Made by a program: the position numbers and the translations under genes. Source: Azolla caroliniana (taxonomy: Eukaryota > Plantae > Polypodiophyta). From it: a DNA stretch of 64,000 nucleotides. How positions within the stretch are numbered: the first letter of the stretch is position 1; the number at the start of each line of letters is the position of its first letter. Under the pieces are notes generated by a model that was given only the letters and a program-made list of their open reading frames with translations, did not search any database and had not been told where the DNA came from. The DNA lies in contig JBHGNT010000002.1 of the NCBI GenBank assembly GCA_043228905.1, forward strand, positions 26,722,001 to 26,786,000, given 5' to 3'. This document shows positions 21,821 through 36,800 of this stretch, in pieces.

Positions 21821-24800
21821 TCATATCTGAGAGAAGTTCTCTTTCTCTGATTGATCATTTCCATGCCACATCCTTCTTTGCCGAGCATCCATTAGGCACT
21901 GATTAATCTGCAAAAAAATAGTTTATTATGTCATAGGCCACACATGACAAATTTTAATTGATGTAGGTTAAATTTATAGAAGTCTATTAAAATATTACGT
22001 TACAAATATTCTGTTAAACAACTCTTTTCTTGTGTTCTTGCTCAATTTAATAGGTTTCACTTCCCCGAAGCTACAAAATTTTACTGGGTTGTAAATGAAA
22101 GATGGCAATCTAAAGTTGCAAATAAAACTGAAGAGTGTTAAAATGCGAGCATACTTCTACCTCTTTTAGCTTCACAATCTCCCTATGAGCAGCTGCTAGC
22201 AGATCATCTTTCAAAAGGTTACAGCTTTGGTCGTTTTTTCTTCTCTGCATCCTCTGCTGCTGCTGCTGTCGCAAACCACGCAATTTTCTACCACTTTCTT
22301 TGCTCTGAGAGCTGTAGTGGCCATCTAAATCATCAATACTCTTTTTGGAATGAGTCTTGTGGCATGAACATAAACTGACAGATCTCACAGTCTCTGTAGT
22401 TGGGGTCATGCATTCATTCCCTTCTACCCCTTCTTCAGCCCTACCTTTGACGTATAATTCACAGCTATCAACTCCATTATGTGAATGCCTTATTATTTCA
22501 TTGGGTTGCAAATCTTTCTGACCCCCCATTTGCATTGAGTTCACACTATTCTTGGATGTCGATTGAGGCTCAGGAGGTAAACACATCTGTTGATTCAAGG
22601 AATGAAACTTTTCTTGCCATTCTACCAACTCTACTTGGAGATTTTGATTGCCATGACGTAACATTGCCTGAAATCCACACAAATCGTATTTGATATATTT
22701 GTTGGGTTTTAGTGTTCAATAAACACATCTTCACTGCTACAAGTAATATAAAAATTCACAAGCAATACAAACCAGTTCTGTGAGGAGATGTTGTTTTTCA
22801 GCTCCCAGCATAGCTCTCACCTTTATGACATGAAAAACATTTATAACTTTTCATTGCATATCAACCAATACACAGAACCATGTTGTATCTCTGGAACTAT
22901 ACAGTTAATAGGCCAAATGGAAATCACCATCAGAATTTGATACTGACCTTACGAAGTTCATGATCATAATCCGCTGCTGCTGATGCCATCCGTTGATTCT
23001 GGAGATCTGCTATCTAACATTGGCTAAAAACTGTAAGAACACTTTTTGTGCAGCACCCATTAACTTGAAAATAATTATGATGGTAATTATTTATTCATGA
23101 CCCCTGCAGATCAACCCTGCTAATGTCATTGACAAACTATCTAGATGTCTTACTACATATGCAATCTTTGTCATGAAGCAAATTATATTTCTTATTGATC
23201 TTATTATTCTTAATCCTCCTCCTTGATGTCAAAATTGAAGCACCACAACTTATTATGCAACTTATCCTCCTTGATGTCAAAGTTCAAGTACCACAAATTA
23301 GGTTGCACACTTAATGAACTGACAAAAGTTGGGGCAATTCAATCTTAGTAGTGGAATCAGTAGTCGAACACATGGCAATTATTGAAGTATCGGGCCATCT
23401 ATGGAAAAGCACAGGTATCACCCTGATTTACCTGTTGTTCCAACCGCTGGTTGTGGTTTGCCAATTCTGTCTTCTCTCTTTCAAGATTTTTCAGTCGTTC
23501 TTCAGCTGACTGAAGGGTCTTTAATTGTGTTTCAAAAGCCTCTAATGTATTGGCAAGTTTCTTGGACTTCTCATGACACTCAGTCTGATGGAACAAAAAT
23601 AAAGTTTAAATGGAGAGGTAAGCAAATAAGATAATTTTAAGAGAATGGATCCTACCTTGGCTTCTTCCAGGGATTTCTGCAACATCATTATTTCATTCTC
23701 TGAAGATTTTAAAGCATCATTATTGGAATTCGACGAAGTTTTGATGTTCAGTTCCTGCAAAGGTCACAAAGAAACTCTTTGCTTCATAAAATCAACTATC
23801 CACTTCAGAAAAGACAAGCTATATCTTTTTCCAGAATAGCATACCAATTGCTCAATTTTCTCTTTCATTCCGTGTAATTGTCCAGCCCTAGCCTGTATAT
23901 TATGAATCAATTTAAAACTTATTCACTACCACTAAAGAATATGAATATATATGTACTTTTGATAAGACCAGAACAATCCGGTGACTACAAATTAAGTGAT
24001 CGGAAAGTGACAGAAACGAGGGAAGTATGAATAAAAGTCAATCAGTTTATTAGACTTATAATATAAGTATAGAAGTAGATAAATGTAAGTGTGAATCTAC
24101 CCTACCAGAGAAATAAATCTGAATATGTAGATTTTGTCAGCTAGATGCAAAGGCATCTCTATTCACTTTAAAAAAATCCACAATCCCATGAGAAATTTGA
24201 CCACATAAGAAAGAACTGTTATGAATACATACATGATAAAGAGTACGGCATTCCGCAACTTCCATTCTCAGCCTTTCTGATTCCTCTTCTTGAGCTTTGA
24301 TCACTGAAGAAGCATGCCTTTTAACCTAGACGCAGAAAGAGGGAGCAGTTATATTCATAGAATGAGGTGAAATAAAGACCACAGTTAAGGCCTTATAGAA
24401 AAAATCAGCACAAGAAATCAAGGATATGGAATCCAAAGCAAAATGAAGTACTTTATCCAGCTCCATGGTCGCTTCACGTGCCGCAGCAACAGATTTAGCA
24501 GCCCTGGCAGTCTGCATTCGCGCTTCTTTGGAAACTTCCATCACAATTTTAGCTCGTAGCTGTTCAAGCTCCCTACACTCATCTTTTGCAGCTGATCATG
24601 TATCATAAGAAATCATGTAAGACAACATACATGAATTACCTCGTATTTTCTATAATGAACCACTAGTGAAGCATATATATGGTGGAAATAAATTATTAAC
24701 AATTTATGTGAATTAAGAGCCAGCCAGGCACGCTGATTTATGTCTTCCTGTGAACAATTCAGAGGCATTTGAACTTGACTGGGAGCATAGTAAGAAAAGT

Positions 24801-27800
24801 CTGATAACCCACAAATTGTTATCAGATGCTCTAGCTCTTGAACTCTTGACTGGAGACCAGCTGCTGCAGCTTCCACCTCAGCAAGATACTTCCTCAATGC
24901 TTCAGTCTCCAGTTCACTTTCCATACGTGCACTGACGCATCCAACAACGCATGGGATCACCACTGTCAGTAATTTTAATGATTCTCCAAAAAACGTAGAT
25001 TACATCACAGAATTGTTAAACAGTGGAACGTGTCATAAACATGAATTCAAAACTCTTCAATGTTGACAAAAATAATCTCTTAGCAGTATTGGATGGTGAT
25101 TGGCACGAAACAAGCAATAAATCACCTCTCTGATGCTCGCAATGCAATTCTTAGCTCCGAAATCCTCCATTGCAGACCAACCTGTGTTCACAGGATCTGC
25201 TTATTGAATACTTAATTAAAAGAGGTTAATGTTGTTCCTTGTTAATTGCTTGGAAGGGAACATTCCTTCTTATAATAAAGATTCAACGATGATGGCAGCT
25301 CTGAAAATTCTTGCCAATTAATGCAAGGGATTAGCATTATCCAAAATGCACCTCATCAGCACTAGGTAAAATAGCATCAAAGACATCAGACTGTATGAGC
25401 ATCTTTCCGTTTTTGTCTGTCCAGCGGCTTGCACGATCTTTTAGGCATGATGCGTCTTGATGCATCATCATATTCTCACCATCAATATTCCTTCCCCTAA
25501 CCGATCTAGGACTCTCTATCCTCGAAGAAACCGATGAATTTGAACAGTCATATGTTCTTTCACCACAAACCGACGCACTGGACTTTGTCAATGTCACTGA
25601 ATTTATTTGAGCAATATCAGAAGATTCAATCCTGTGATTATTTGCCATTGTTCCACTCTCTGCAGTATAAGAATAATCCATGTAAGAAATTTTGTTCTTG
25701 GAGTCTCCCTCATAGATAATTGGGATTTCCCTTCAAACGAAAAGGCTATAATATCCTTCAGCCAGGGTAATTAAGGAATTTTCAATGTGTATTATTTTTA
25801 TGTTACCATCCACCCTCACAATAAGGGTAGTGCACATATACTAAAGTTCTTAGCCAAATAGATGGATGTAAAAAAGAGCATGAAATCCTATTTTTTCTGA
25901 TTTCTTTGTAAATGACAATAGGTGAATACTATCTTTAAGAGAATATCAAGACAACCCAAGTATTCCTACAAAGAAAGCCAAAGGATACGTTCAAAATAAT
26001 AAGCTTTTGAAATTGCACAAGTATTCGCATAGAATACAAAATTAACAGTTGTAAGTTTCTGACCTCATGAGAAATTTGCTTGTCTATTAAGTTATAAGAG
26101 GAAAATAGAGAAAATCATTGGATATATAGAATTTTAATAAATGTAATGGACATCTTTGTCAACGTGTCATCCTTATTGTCAATGCATTGTCTGATGTATG
26201 ATGCTACATTAGGACTGTATAGTAGCCAAAACATTCTTAATCCATTGAGACCTTGTAACGTGTTAATAGGACACTAGAGCTAAATTCTAGATCCAATTAA
26301 CAGTTAGCCTCTACTTGCGTTAAAAGAAATCAATGTAAACCACAAATACAGACAATAAAATTAAGTTTCAGAATTGAATAGCACATTTATGGAGGGTAAG
26401 AAATGCTTTGCCATAGGGCATATTTACCATTAGCTCATTCATGAAAATTTTATTCAAGTATTATAAATATTTGAATTCAACCAAGAAAAGAACATTTTTT
26501 CCTTTGATCAAGAAAATATGTAGATAAGGAGTAACTAGTATTAGATCTGAGGGAGTAATAATTCCAGGATATATCTGAATTGGAAATAATATTCAAGAAA
26601 TCTTAAGTGTTAGAATTCAGTGAAGAAATTAATGAATTCTTGGCTTGATCACAACCAACAATGAATGACTATCCAATGTTAGATCTGTTGGTGAACACCA
26701 CTATTGCTGAATTTGAAACATGTTAGACATACTAAATATTTGAAGTCGATAAAGAAAATGATGCATGTTACGTACAATCTAATGACAAGTGTGTATAATC
26801 AGGGCTTAATATCAGTGCCAAGAGTGTATACATGACAATCATTCTTTCAGTATAAGCAATTTCAACTATTGCTAAAACAGAAAAAAAGCATTCAAGCATT
26901 CTAATTATTAGAACACAATGAAGAAAACAATGAACGTTCAATATGATGAAGTAGTGATGACTACCAAATGTCAGATCGGAGTGTGTAGGAGAATCCAATT
27001 GATCTTTCGATCGTCCTCTTGATCGAAATCCTTCAGGAGCTTCCCACCAATGAGTCATGGACCGTCTGTTAGCTAACCCACAGCTTGTAGTGTCATGCAA
27101 CAGCATTCCCACCCCATGACAAAGTTCAGAAGTCATAATTTTACTTTTCTCTTTGTGAAGACAATTTTCAACCTCCCTGTCATTGCTAGTTGGCAGGAGA
27201 AGAAATATTATTAGCGGGGACAACAGCTAAAGTAAGCTTAAATCGGTCAGGTTATAAATTTCTTTTTTAGACACGAGTTAATGGGGAAGTTTGAGAAAAA
27301 TGCGACTGATGAATATTAGAGGAAACTTTTATTAAGCATTTTCCAATTTTATCTGTGGGATTTTGTTCCTATTATACATATTTCCCTGTTATTATCGTTC
27401 ATGGGAGAACCAGTAAAATTGTCCCCAGTGTTCAGGAAATGAATCTTCTCATAATTTCTTCTTCATAGAAGAAATATAAATTAATATAAAAACATGAGAA
27501 AATTACCACAATTGTAAGACAGGGATTAAGTGGAAACTTTTTTGTTCCTTCTATGATCATTTTCAATAGGCAATGTCCTTATATTATGGATTTTTAAAAG
27601 GAGGTGAAACACTGTCTGCATGTATTAATAATATCATTTTCCAATTTCCTTTTTGTGCATGTATTAATATAGAGCTATGAAAAATATACTATGGTTTTAT
27701 ATATAGGAATTATGAGAAAATGACACGGTTTTAAACAGGAGTTCAGTAGAAATGTATGCTTGATTACATGAAGTTATGAGAAATTGCATATTTTTATTTA

Positions 27801-27990
27801 GGTACGAAATAAGTAAAATAACATTACCTTATGATAATAATAAATATCAAATGAAAAATTAAAGTAAGTTTTAGTGCTTGAGGTGGAAGTACCTTTTTCT
27901 TGAATAATCGTTATCATGAGCTTCATGATCGTAATGGAAATTTTGGTGGACATTCTTGGCATTTTTCTTGGCATGTTCAGACATCGTATC
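21821..27990 (-). CDS. Multi-exon gene encoding a coiled-coil protein of unknown function (5' exons may extend to ~29.2 kb)
   Basis: GT-AG bounded heptad-rich exons, e.g. 25730-25352, 25181-~25126 (VGLQWRISELRIALRASER), 24931-~24712 (ARMESELETEALRKYLAEVE), ~23583-23431 (KLANTLEAFETQLK...LEQQ), ~22667-22160. The last exon from ~21907 ends with TGA at 21821-21823. Start codon not identified. Confidence 0.7.
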
Positions 27991-29306
27991 TATACGAACA
28001 GCAAGATTCCATGAATTAAAATTGATGAGGAAAAAAACTCTTTTTTTCATGGTTCGAAGCAAAATAATAGAAAGGCTCATATTCTCCATAGAAAAAAATT
28101 TAAAAAACTTAAGAAATATCTCTTATATCGGAAACCGAAACACTGACATTTATTCACCAAACAAACGACACATAGAGAAATCGGAACAAATCACGCAGAA
28201 GAACACTTTTCTCAAGCTTGAAACAAAACAAGCAGAAAGACCTCCAACACTGAAGTGGGGTTGGAGTTTACCTGCTTATTTCTTTCTAAAACTTTTTAGA
28301 ATACAGATTTGAATTCTGCCTTTGGCACCGGTTGTGGCGACACCAAGAACAAAAAAATGGCTCAGAATTTCGATAAAGGTAATAGAGATATACAGCAGAT
28401 TTCCTGCGAGGAGAGCTGACTAAAGATAGATTCGAACGGATATGGTTCTGGTATCGATCGCTCTAATGCCAAGAACAAACTACGCCACGGAATTTGACAA
28501 ACAAGAACATAATATACACGCACAGATTCGTTGAAACATTCGCGAGGGGATACGCATAGGATGAGAAATTACGAGGAAAATAAGATGATGATGATGATGA
28601 TGATGATGAGGGAGTAAAATAATGAAGAGGTTCGTGGAACGATATGAGAGATGATTCGAATGATTTTCTGAAGGACAATATGACGCCAAGAAGAGGCCAA
28701 ACTCGTTCCCCTCAAAGATTACGTTTACTTCTGATGTAAAGTAGAGATAAAAATCCGGAGATATCTTATTCTTCTTCTTCTTCTTGAGGATGCAAAGTAT
28801 GATGGAAAGCTCGAGCTCGCTTTCGTCGTCGTCGTCTTCTTGCTTTTATTCTTCTTTTGTTTCTCCACTGCTTCTTTCTTCTTCTCCTCCTCCGCCTATT
28901 CTTTCTTTCGTCGTCTTCTCCGACTCTTCCTTCTTTCCTTCCTTCCTTTTTATTCTCCTTGATGCTAAGTAGCCATGGAAAGCTGGAGCTCTTTGACTTC
29001 TTCTTTCTGTCGTCTTTGCTAGGTCGTCTTTCTCACCTACTGCTTCTGCTTCATCTCTGTGTCTTCCGCCTTTTTTCTTCCTTCTCTGAGACGAAGAAAC
29101 GTGAGGAAGAAGGGGCGGCGGCGGCGGCAGTAGCAGCAGCAGGTGCAGGAACAGCATTGAAATTTCTGTGGGGTTGGTTTTCCCGCCCATTTTGCTTCAC
29201 AATTTATTCTAAGCCTTCTTTTCTTTCTTTTAATTACGGTATTCTTTTATTTCTTATTCGTTTCTTTTATTTCTTTCTTTTCTTCTTTGTATGTACATGT
29301 TTTTTG

Positions 29307-29368
29307 CCTCCTCCTCCTCCTCCTCCTCCTCCTCCTCCTTCTTCTTCTTCTTCTTCTTCTTCTTCTTT
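29307..29368. repeat. (CCT)n(CTT)n microsatellite
   Basis: Direct reading. Confidence 0.9.
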
Positions 29369-32300
29369 TCACACACATTACACTCATGTATATCTATACA
29401 TATCTTATTTGCAAGTCATTTCTTTAGAAGTTATAATCATCATCTCCATTACATACATGCATACCGCCGCCACCGCCTATCCACCAACGCAATACAAGAA
29501 GACATCGGACAAAACACATACATTTTCGAGATGACGAAATGGTCACTCACAATCCTAGGACCCGATCCCCCCCCCCCCAAAAAAAAAAAAAATGGAAAAC
29601 AATGTAGATGGTGCTAAGCATGTTCGAGAAACGTATCATTTCATTAACTTCTTAGATTGGTTCATGCTCCAAATGATCAATAGTCCATGGGCGTGAGTGA
29701 GATCTTTGTCGACTTCACATGCTTGCCGCCAACATACCCAATGTGCCACCACCGAGAATAGTCGAGTTGCTTGATTTCATGGACAAAGTTGATTACAATG
29801 AAGCGCACGTCAAGTACATAAATCCGGAAAAACTCGAATGAAGCCGAAGCATGTCTCGTGACATGTGAGGAAGGTAGCTCCTCATAAGTACGAGCGAGAG
29901 GAATATCCTTGAGGACATTAATGTGCAAGTTGTTTTAGAGTTGCACCATGCCGTTATCCCTTTAAGACATGCTCTTTGTTGTACATATTTCCTCGTGGAA
30001 CATAAAGTGCGAGTCTCGACTCTCTACGTGAAAAACCATTTTCTATGTTAGTTACGCCAACAATTCCACTTTCATAAATTAGATGAATCAAAACATGGAC
30101 TTGAATATCAAAGAATATTAAGGCGATTACAATTTTGTAACACGAAGCAAGTTGCAAGTCTTTTCCAATCACTATTTCATATCTTACCCACATTTATTGT
30201 CTTTAGTTCTTATTTTATGCCATTGCATAAATTGTTTGTAAACCTTTTGATTCTTTGAAAGGGTGTTCCTCCCCTTAAATGAATTGAGAGTCCTAAATCT
30301 CTTCATTTTAAGAAGAAAAACAATGATCGAGAACAAGAACCAAATGTGATTATTTGTATTGTCAATTAGTCCTTATGTTAACGAGATGGTGACATTCCAA
30401 TGGAGTGGTTTTTATTTTTGACTTTGTTGGATTGAGATGATTCTAGTAATTTTGCATCCCGCATGATTATAGGTTTATTTGGAAATACCCATGGAGTATA
30501 ACATTAACGATTTACCAATAAATAACATACATGGGTTGATTGGCAGTGACGGGGTTAGACTCAGTTTTACAAGTTACAATTAATCTCGTGTACCATTTAT
30601 CCATTGGGTCTCTTTGATGGTTATCCTATAATGCTACACAATAATGGAAGGTACATGAATATGATTATGAATGACACCATATCTCAGAATGTAGTTTTCA
30701 TTCTTAATTGTCATTTGTGTTTACCTTTATGATTAACTCTAAGGAGACATGGACCAGCAACATGCAATCGCTTCTTTTGCACTGTTCAAGCGAAAGATAA
30801 AACACATCGTTTCATACATTGTCTAATTGCGTGTAAGATTTGGGGCAACATTTCTTAGATTTGGCAAGTTTTTCACATTGTTATTGACACCAATATATGG
30901 TGTGCTTGCACAATTTACCCAACTTGATCAAAGATCAATGATGGAGATTGGTTTCCTCTTTTCCATATATTTAGGATTGAATTATAATTGAAAGTTTTTG
31001 TATTTGATGCCAAGCATGGAATCTAGAGCATATCTAAAAAAGTCGAGCATCAAGGTGGCAAATTTGTTTATTGCAGTAACTTGAAATACTTTCCTCAATA
31101 GATTGTTGGTCTTGCCCATTAGCGCTTGAACATGTCCCACAGTCCACTACCCAAGCATCGATGACAACAATAAAACTGCTTGTTTTCACCGAGGAGAGCT
31201 TAAGAAAAAAAGCACCCACTCTCTCTCCATATTTAAATATCACGAGTACAATAATCTATTGTTAATGATTCCCTCCCCCAAATTCGAATACGTCTACTTT
31301 TTTCATGCATAAGAGCATAAATAATAATAATAGCTTTCACCCCAATGGCTTAGTATTATATTTTTGCATACTTGTGATAAATAAAACATTCAAAATGGAT
31401 GTATTCAAATTTCATACATTTCACACTTAACAATACGATGATGTCTTTGTAAATTTTGCGACCATAAAAAATCGATTATTTAGACCAAAAACGTGAAAAC
31501 AACCATCAATATACAACATTGAATATTGCAGACGTTGAGCAACTATCTATATTCAACATATGAACTAAACACTTGTGAAGCTAAAGCTTTCTTTGAACAA
31601 AAGTCCTCTATTGTTGCTAGTTACATGTTTTACAAAAGCTAAGCACCCCCTTCAAACAAAATGATCGAAGTGCACAATATGAGTATATGCAAGACATGAG
31701 CTTCCAAATTTGAGAAAAAATGGACAATGGAACTATAGAAAAGGAGAAGTTTCCAATGGAGATAAAACCACCAAAACAAACTAGAATGACATAGAACTAT
31801 AACCATTTATTCGAATATGGGCATTAGAAGGCTCTAGTATACCCATGTTGTTACGAGTATGACCATAATTTATCCCGTGAGGATAAAGTGTGAGGGTTAA
31901 TCAAGAGTGAAAAGAAGGGAGGATTACTTTTAATCCTAGGAATTGAGAGAACCCATAAGGGGCAAGTGTGAAATTGCTCAGGGGCCTTAGGTCTGACAGT
32001 AAATACGAGGCCTAGCTAACCTCATTGGAGACATCATTTGATTACATCGAGACTATGATTGTGTGGTGAACAAACTATTTTAGTGAGCACGCCAGTACCG
32101 AGTACGATTCGATGCCATGGCGGTAGTATGAGATGTTGATCAAGGCGCGAGTTCATCTCGATCCCTTTGCTCAGGGGTGGTGGGTGGATCTACACCCTTC
32201 TTTCTCTTTCTTTCTCTATCTACCTATCTTATATTTCCTTATTTCATGCTTACATTAGGATTAAGCCCTAACAAATGTTGATATTATCATCTAACAATTC

Positions 32301-33816
32301 AGATAACTTGGGTATGTGGTTCCTCATTATTAGGATTGGCTTCAGATTCCATGGCATGTGTGGCTTAATGAACCTTGGATGAACACATCCTATTTATCGT
32401 GGGAAGAAGACTCAACACCTTCTATAAATTTCAGCACCTCCCTAAAGCTTGGCTCGTATTTGGGTAAGAGCAAGCTACGCCCACCAACTCAAATCTCTGC
32501 TCACACCTAATCGTTTTATATAAGCCGAATACTTTATGAGTCTCATAAACTTATATCAATTACTACTACTTTCATCCTTTGCAATTTAGAAACTATTGAT
32601 TCTTTCATCCTTTGCAATCTATAAACTATTGATTCTTTCATCCTCCACGATCTATCTTTTGGAACGGGAGTAGCATGTGCTTCACTTTCTAATCCAATTC
32701 TTTGTACTCGTAAGGATTTTCACCTATTTTCTCGTTACACTTCACCTGCGTTTGTGAACAATAGGGTGCTTATTTCATAAAGTTGACTAAAACCACCTCT
32801 ACTTATGAGGGTATCTACTCTATGACAATCTCTAGTTCCCCTTCAACACCATTTAGTAATAATATCCTGTTTAATTAGTTTTATGTTTAGGAATTTCTTA
32901 TTCTTTTAAGTTTAATTATAACTTTTCGTCGTTGCGTAAGCCAACTCATTCTTCAATGTATTTGTCTTTATCTATGTTGTTTAGGACTACTGAATGAGAC
33001 GTTAAAGTCTTGAATTTAAGAACCAATGACCTTTTCCACATCCCTAATTGGCAAATTAATGTTTGAGGAAGCTCTATATAAATATTTTGTGACCTTGTTA
33101 TTGTTGCGATCCTGGATCCATGGTCGATGTCGATAGGCCATCATCTCCCTTGTTTAGAGCTTCGTAAAAAACAAGTCACTCTCATATCCATGGTCAGTCA
33201 AAGGTTACCACCATTTTCGTAACATCCTTCATCCTTAATGAGCCTAATATTGCAACCCTCACCCTACGTGGTTACGTTTAGTTATTTTACACGATTTCAT
33301 CCTCTTCAACCCCCTTATGTTACAATTGCATGTGATTCAACGTCTTATTGGTTTCTTCATTTGAGAGTTCTCTCCTTGTCTCCATGAAAGCAATGGGGTC
33401 CTAATGAGATTATTTGTTTGTTATCCACGAGAGTTCCCTCGATATAAACTCAATGTCACAATCAAGAACCATTTTCTCCAACACCTTTCTTATACATGTC
33501 CATGCGTAACTTATACATCAACCCAATTTTATCTTTCTCTTGTCTTTGGTTCGCTTCTTCATAGCACCATTTAGTGCTTCTCTCTTCTTGGGTTCACTTA
33601 TTGTGGCATGCTTTTAAAAAGAACCTTCGTGTTTCATGTGTTCTTTTTCGTTCATCACCCACTAAGGCTTTGTACATCCAACATGATGCTTTGGCTAGAC
33701 TCACTTTTCAATTGCCTTATTTTTCAGACCTATGGCTTCCTTCTTCATGGCACAATTTATTACTTCATTCTTATTGGGTTCCCCTATCAAGGTGTGCTTT
33801 TAAAAGGGGCCTCCCC

Positions 33817-36800
33817 TGTAACACATCCGATGTGTTGAGGGGTTCCATGATTGGAACCACAACACCCCACCTCGACGGATTGAGGTGAGGGCCTTTCTCG
33901 ACGGATAGAGAAGGCGCCCATGACTTGAGGTAAGAGTCATGGCCTTCTAAGTCTTCTCGATGGATGGAGAAGACACCCATGACTCAAGGTGTGAGCATGG
34001 GGCTTATGGTACATGTACCATTCCCAAGGTAAGGTGCACATGGGGAATGTGACATCTAGTGCATCTAATACCATAGTACTCAAGTACCTAAGTGGGGAAA
34101 GGGAATCTCCCTAGGCATTTGAATAATCTTTAAATGAAGTCAACTACCTATGTGGAAGAAGGGAATCTCCCTAATGACTTTTATTAAATACCATTAGGAC
34201 GGATGTAAGGTACTTATGTACTATATGGGAAACTTATGAGAGAAAAGGAGGATCTTGTATATAAGTTGGACAGAGGGTGGTTGGGCGGAGTTCAACATAT
34301 CCAAGTTCTCTCCCTTAATTATATTTTCCCTTAGTCAAAAAACGTAGACACGCGAGTTCGAATCCAATCGGCGATCCACCCTTATCGTGAAATTTCGGTG
34401 GTGTTACATGGTATCAGAGCGAACTCACTAAAACTACACTTGCGGCTTGTGGGAATCGTGAATCTTAAGGTAGTATCCTTTCAAATAGCTACAATGGAGC
34501 TCGAGATGCCCAAATTTTGGAGAATTTCATTTGGGATTGCGAGCAATTCTTCCTAGCCGCCCATATCCTCAAGGAGGCGGACCTAGTCTTCCATTGCTCA
34601 ACCTTCTTGGCCGGGGATGCTAAACTATGGTGGCGCAACTTCGTGGATGATAGCATTCGACAAAAGGGGCCCATGCCCGTGAATACGTGGGAAGAATTAA
34701 AGGAAGCTCTCAATAAACAATTTCTTCCTTCTAATTCCGAGTGGAAGGCTCGCCAACAACTTGATCTACTTCGTCACACGGGCCATATCAAGGATTATAT
34801 TAAATCCTTTCAGGCTCTTATGTTACAAATCCGCTCCATGGGAGAAGAAGATCGTTTCTTTGCGTTTACCAACCGATTGAAAGAGTGGGCCCAAAACGAG
34901 CTACGCCGACAAAATGTAACGACTCTTGCGGCCGCTTACGAAGCGGCGGATCGCCTGACCGATTGGCATTCTCAAGGTGGCTCCTCCGATGGCAAAGACA
35001 AAGAAAAGAGGGGTCCTCCAAATTTGAAGGCACACAATACTCATCCCTTCAAGAAGGTGGCTTATAATTCTCAAGGAGGTGGATCTCGACCCCCCATCAA
35101 TGGCCAAAATGTTGCAAAGAAGTTTCCTTCCGCGAAGACCACGAATGTGAATTCCTTCAAGCCTAAGGATGTTGCCGTGAAAAGGAAGTTTGAATGTTTC
35201 ATTTGCCAAGGTGACCATTTCGCTAGAGATTGCCCTCTCAAAGGCCAACTCCACTCACTTGTTAAGGCTTCGGATGACGACGCGAATGATCGAACCATGG
35301 GGCACATCAAGCGTTTGTGTGCGTTTCGTGAGGTAAAGAGTGAGCATTCATTACTTTATGTTAGTGCTCTAATCAATGGTCGTTTGTGTCAAGCGATGGT
35401 GGATACGGGTGCGTCTCACGAATTCATGACGCCGACCCTCGCCAAAGCATGTGGGCTACGTATGGAGGTGAATTCCAAGGGCACTTGGAAGACCGTCAAC
35501 GGAAAGGAGGAGCAAGTGGGGCGGATTGCTCCTAATGTTGTGGTTACTATTGGAGAGGTGACCGTGCGCGTTGAATTTAGCATCGTCGAGATGGACGATT
35601 TTGATGTGGTTTTAGGTCAATCTTGGGCGAGATTGGCGCGCGCACTACCCTACCCTTTTGGTTTCAAGACGTCATGCCCAACACTTTACCAAAGGAGTTG
35701 CCTCCAAAAAGAGAGGTTGATCATCACATCGAGGTGGTGCCGGGATGCACTCCTCCCGTGAAGAGTCCTTATCGCTTAAGCGTTGCCGAGAATGCGGAAT
35801 TAAAGCATCAACTTAACGAGCTATTAGAGGCGGGATTCATACGCCCTTCTAGATCTCCTTATGGTGCCCCGGTGCTCTTCGTCAAGAAGAAGGATGGAAG
35901 CTTGAGAATGTGCGTCGATTATCGAGCATTGAACAAGCTCACTATCAAGAATCGTTACCCTCTCCCCAACCTTTGAGAGATGTTCGACCAACTAGGGAAG
36001 GCGCGGTACTTCACCAAGATGGATCTTCGTTCGGGATACTATCAAGTGAGGATCGCCGAAGGTGATGTGGAGAAAACCTCCATGCGAACACGATATGGCT
36101 CATATGAGTGGCTCGTAATGTCGATGGGCTTAACCAATGCCGTAGCAACCTTTAGTACACTCATGAATCAAGTGTTTGGGCCGGAGCTCGACAAATGCAT
36201 TGTGGTCTACCTCGACGACTTGCTTGTCTTTAGCCCTACTTGGGACCAACACTTGAAGGATGTTGAGATGGCTCTCCAAATATTAAGGGAGAACCATCTC
36301 TATGTGAAGAAATCCAAATGTGACTTTGGTGTGGAAGAAGTGTACTTCCTCGGCTTCAAAATAGCTCGTGGTGAGCTACAACCCGAAGAGGAAAAGCTTC
36401 ATGCAATCAAGGAATGGCCTACTCCTCTTTCTAACCTTACTCCTCGACTCTCTACTCCTCTTTCTAACCTTACTAAAAGTGGGAAAAAGTGGTTTTGGTG
36501 TGACAAGTGTGCTTGTGCTTTTGATGCCTTAAAAGAGGCATTGTGCACGGCGCCATGCTTGGCGCTACCCGACTTTGACAAGCCCTTTGAGCTTCATATT
36601 GATGCATCCGATTATGCCATGGGTGGAGTGCTCATGCAAGAAGGAAGGCCGGTGGCATTTGAGAGCAAGAAGCTCATGGATCGGGAGACGCGATACCCCA
36701 CCCATGAGAAGGAGATGGCGGCCATCGTCCATTGTCTTCGTACATGGAGGCATTACTTGATGGGGAGGCACTTCACCGTCCACACGGATAACATCACATC

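Noticed and set aside
28784-29617. Poly-Ser/Pro/Phe ORFs
   Set aside because: Translations of microsatellites in a probable promoter or 5' UTR region.
31840-32760. Possible additional solo LTR with short internal repeats
   Set aside because: LTR-like composition, but no matching termini or TSD could be established.
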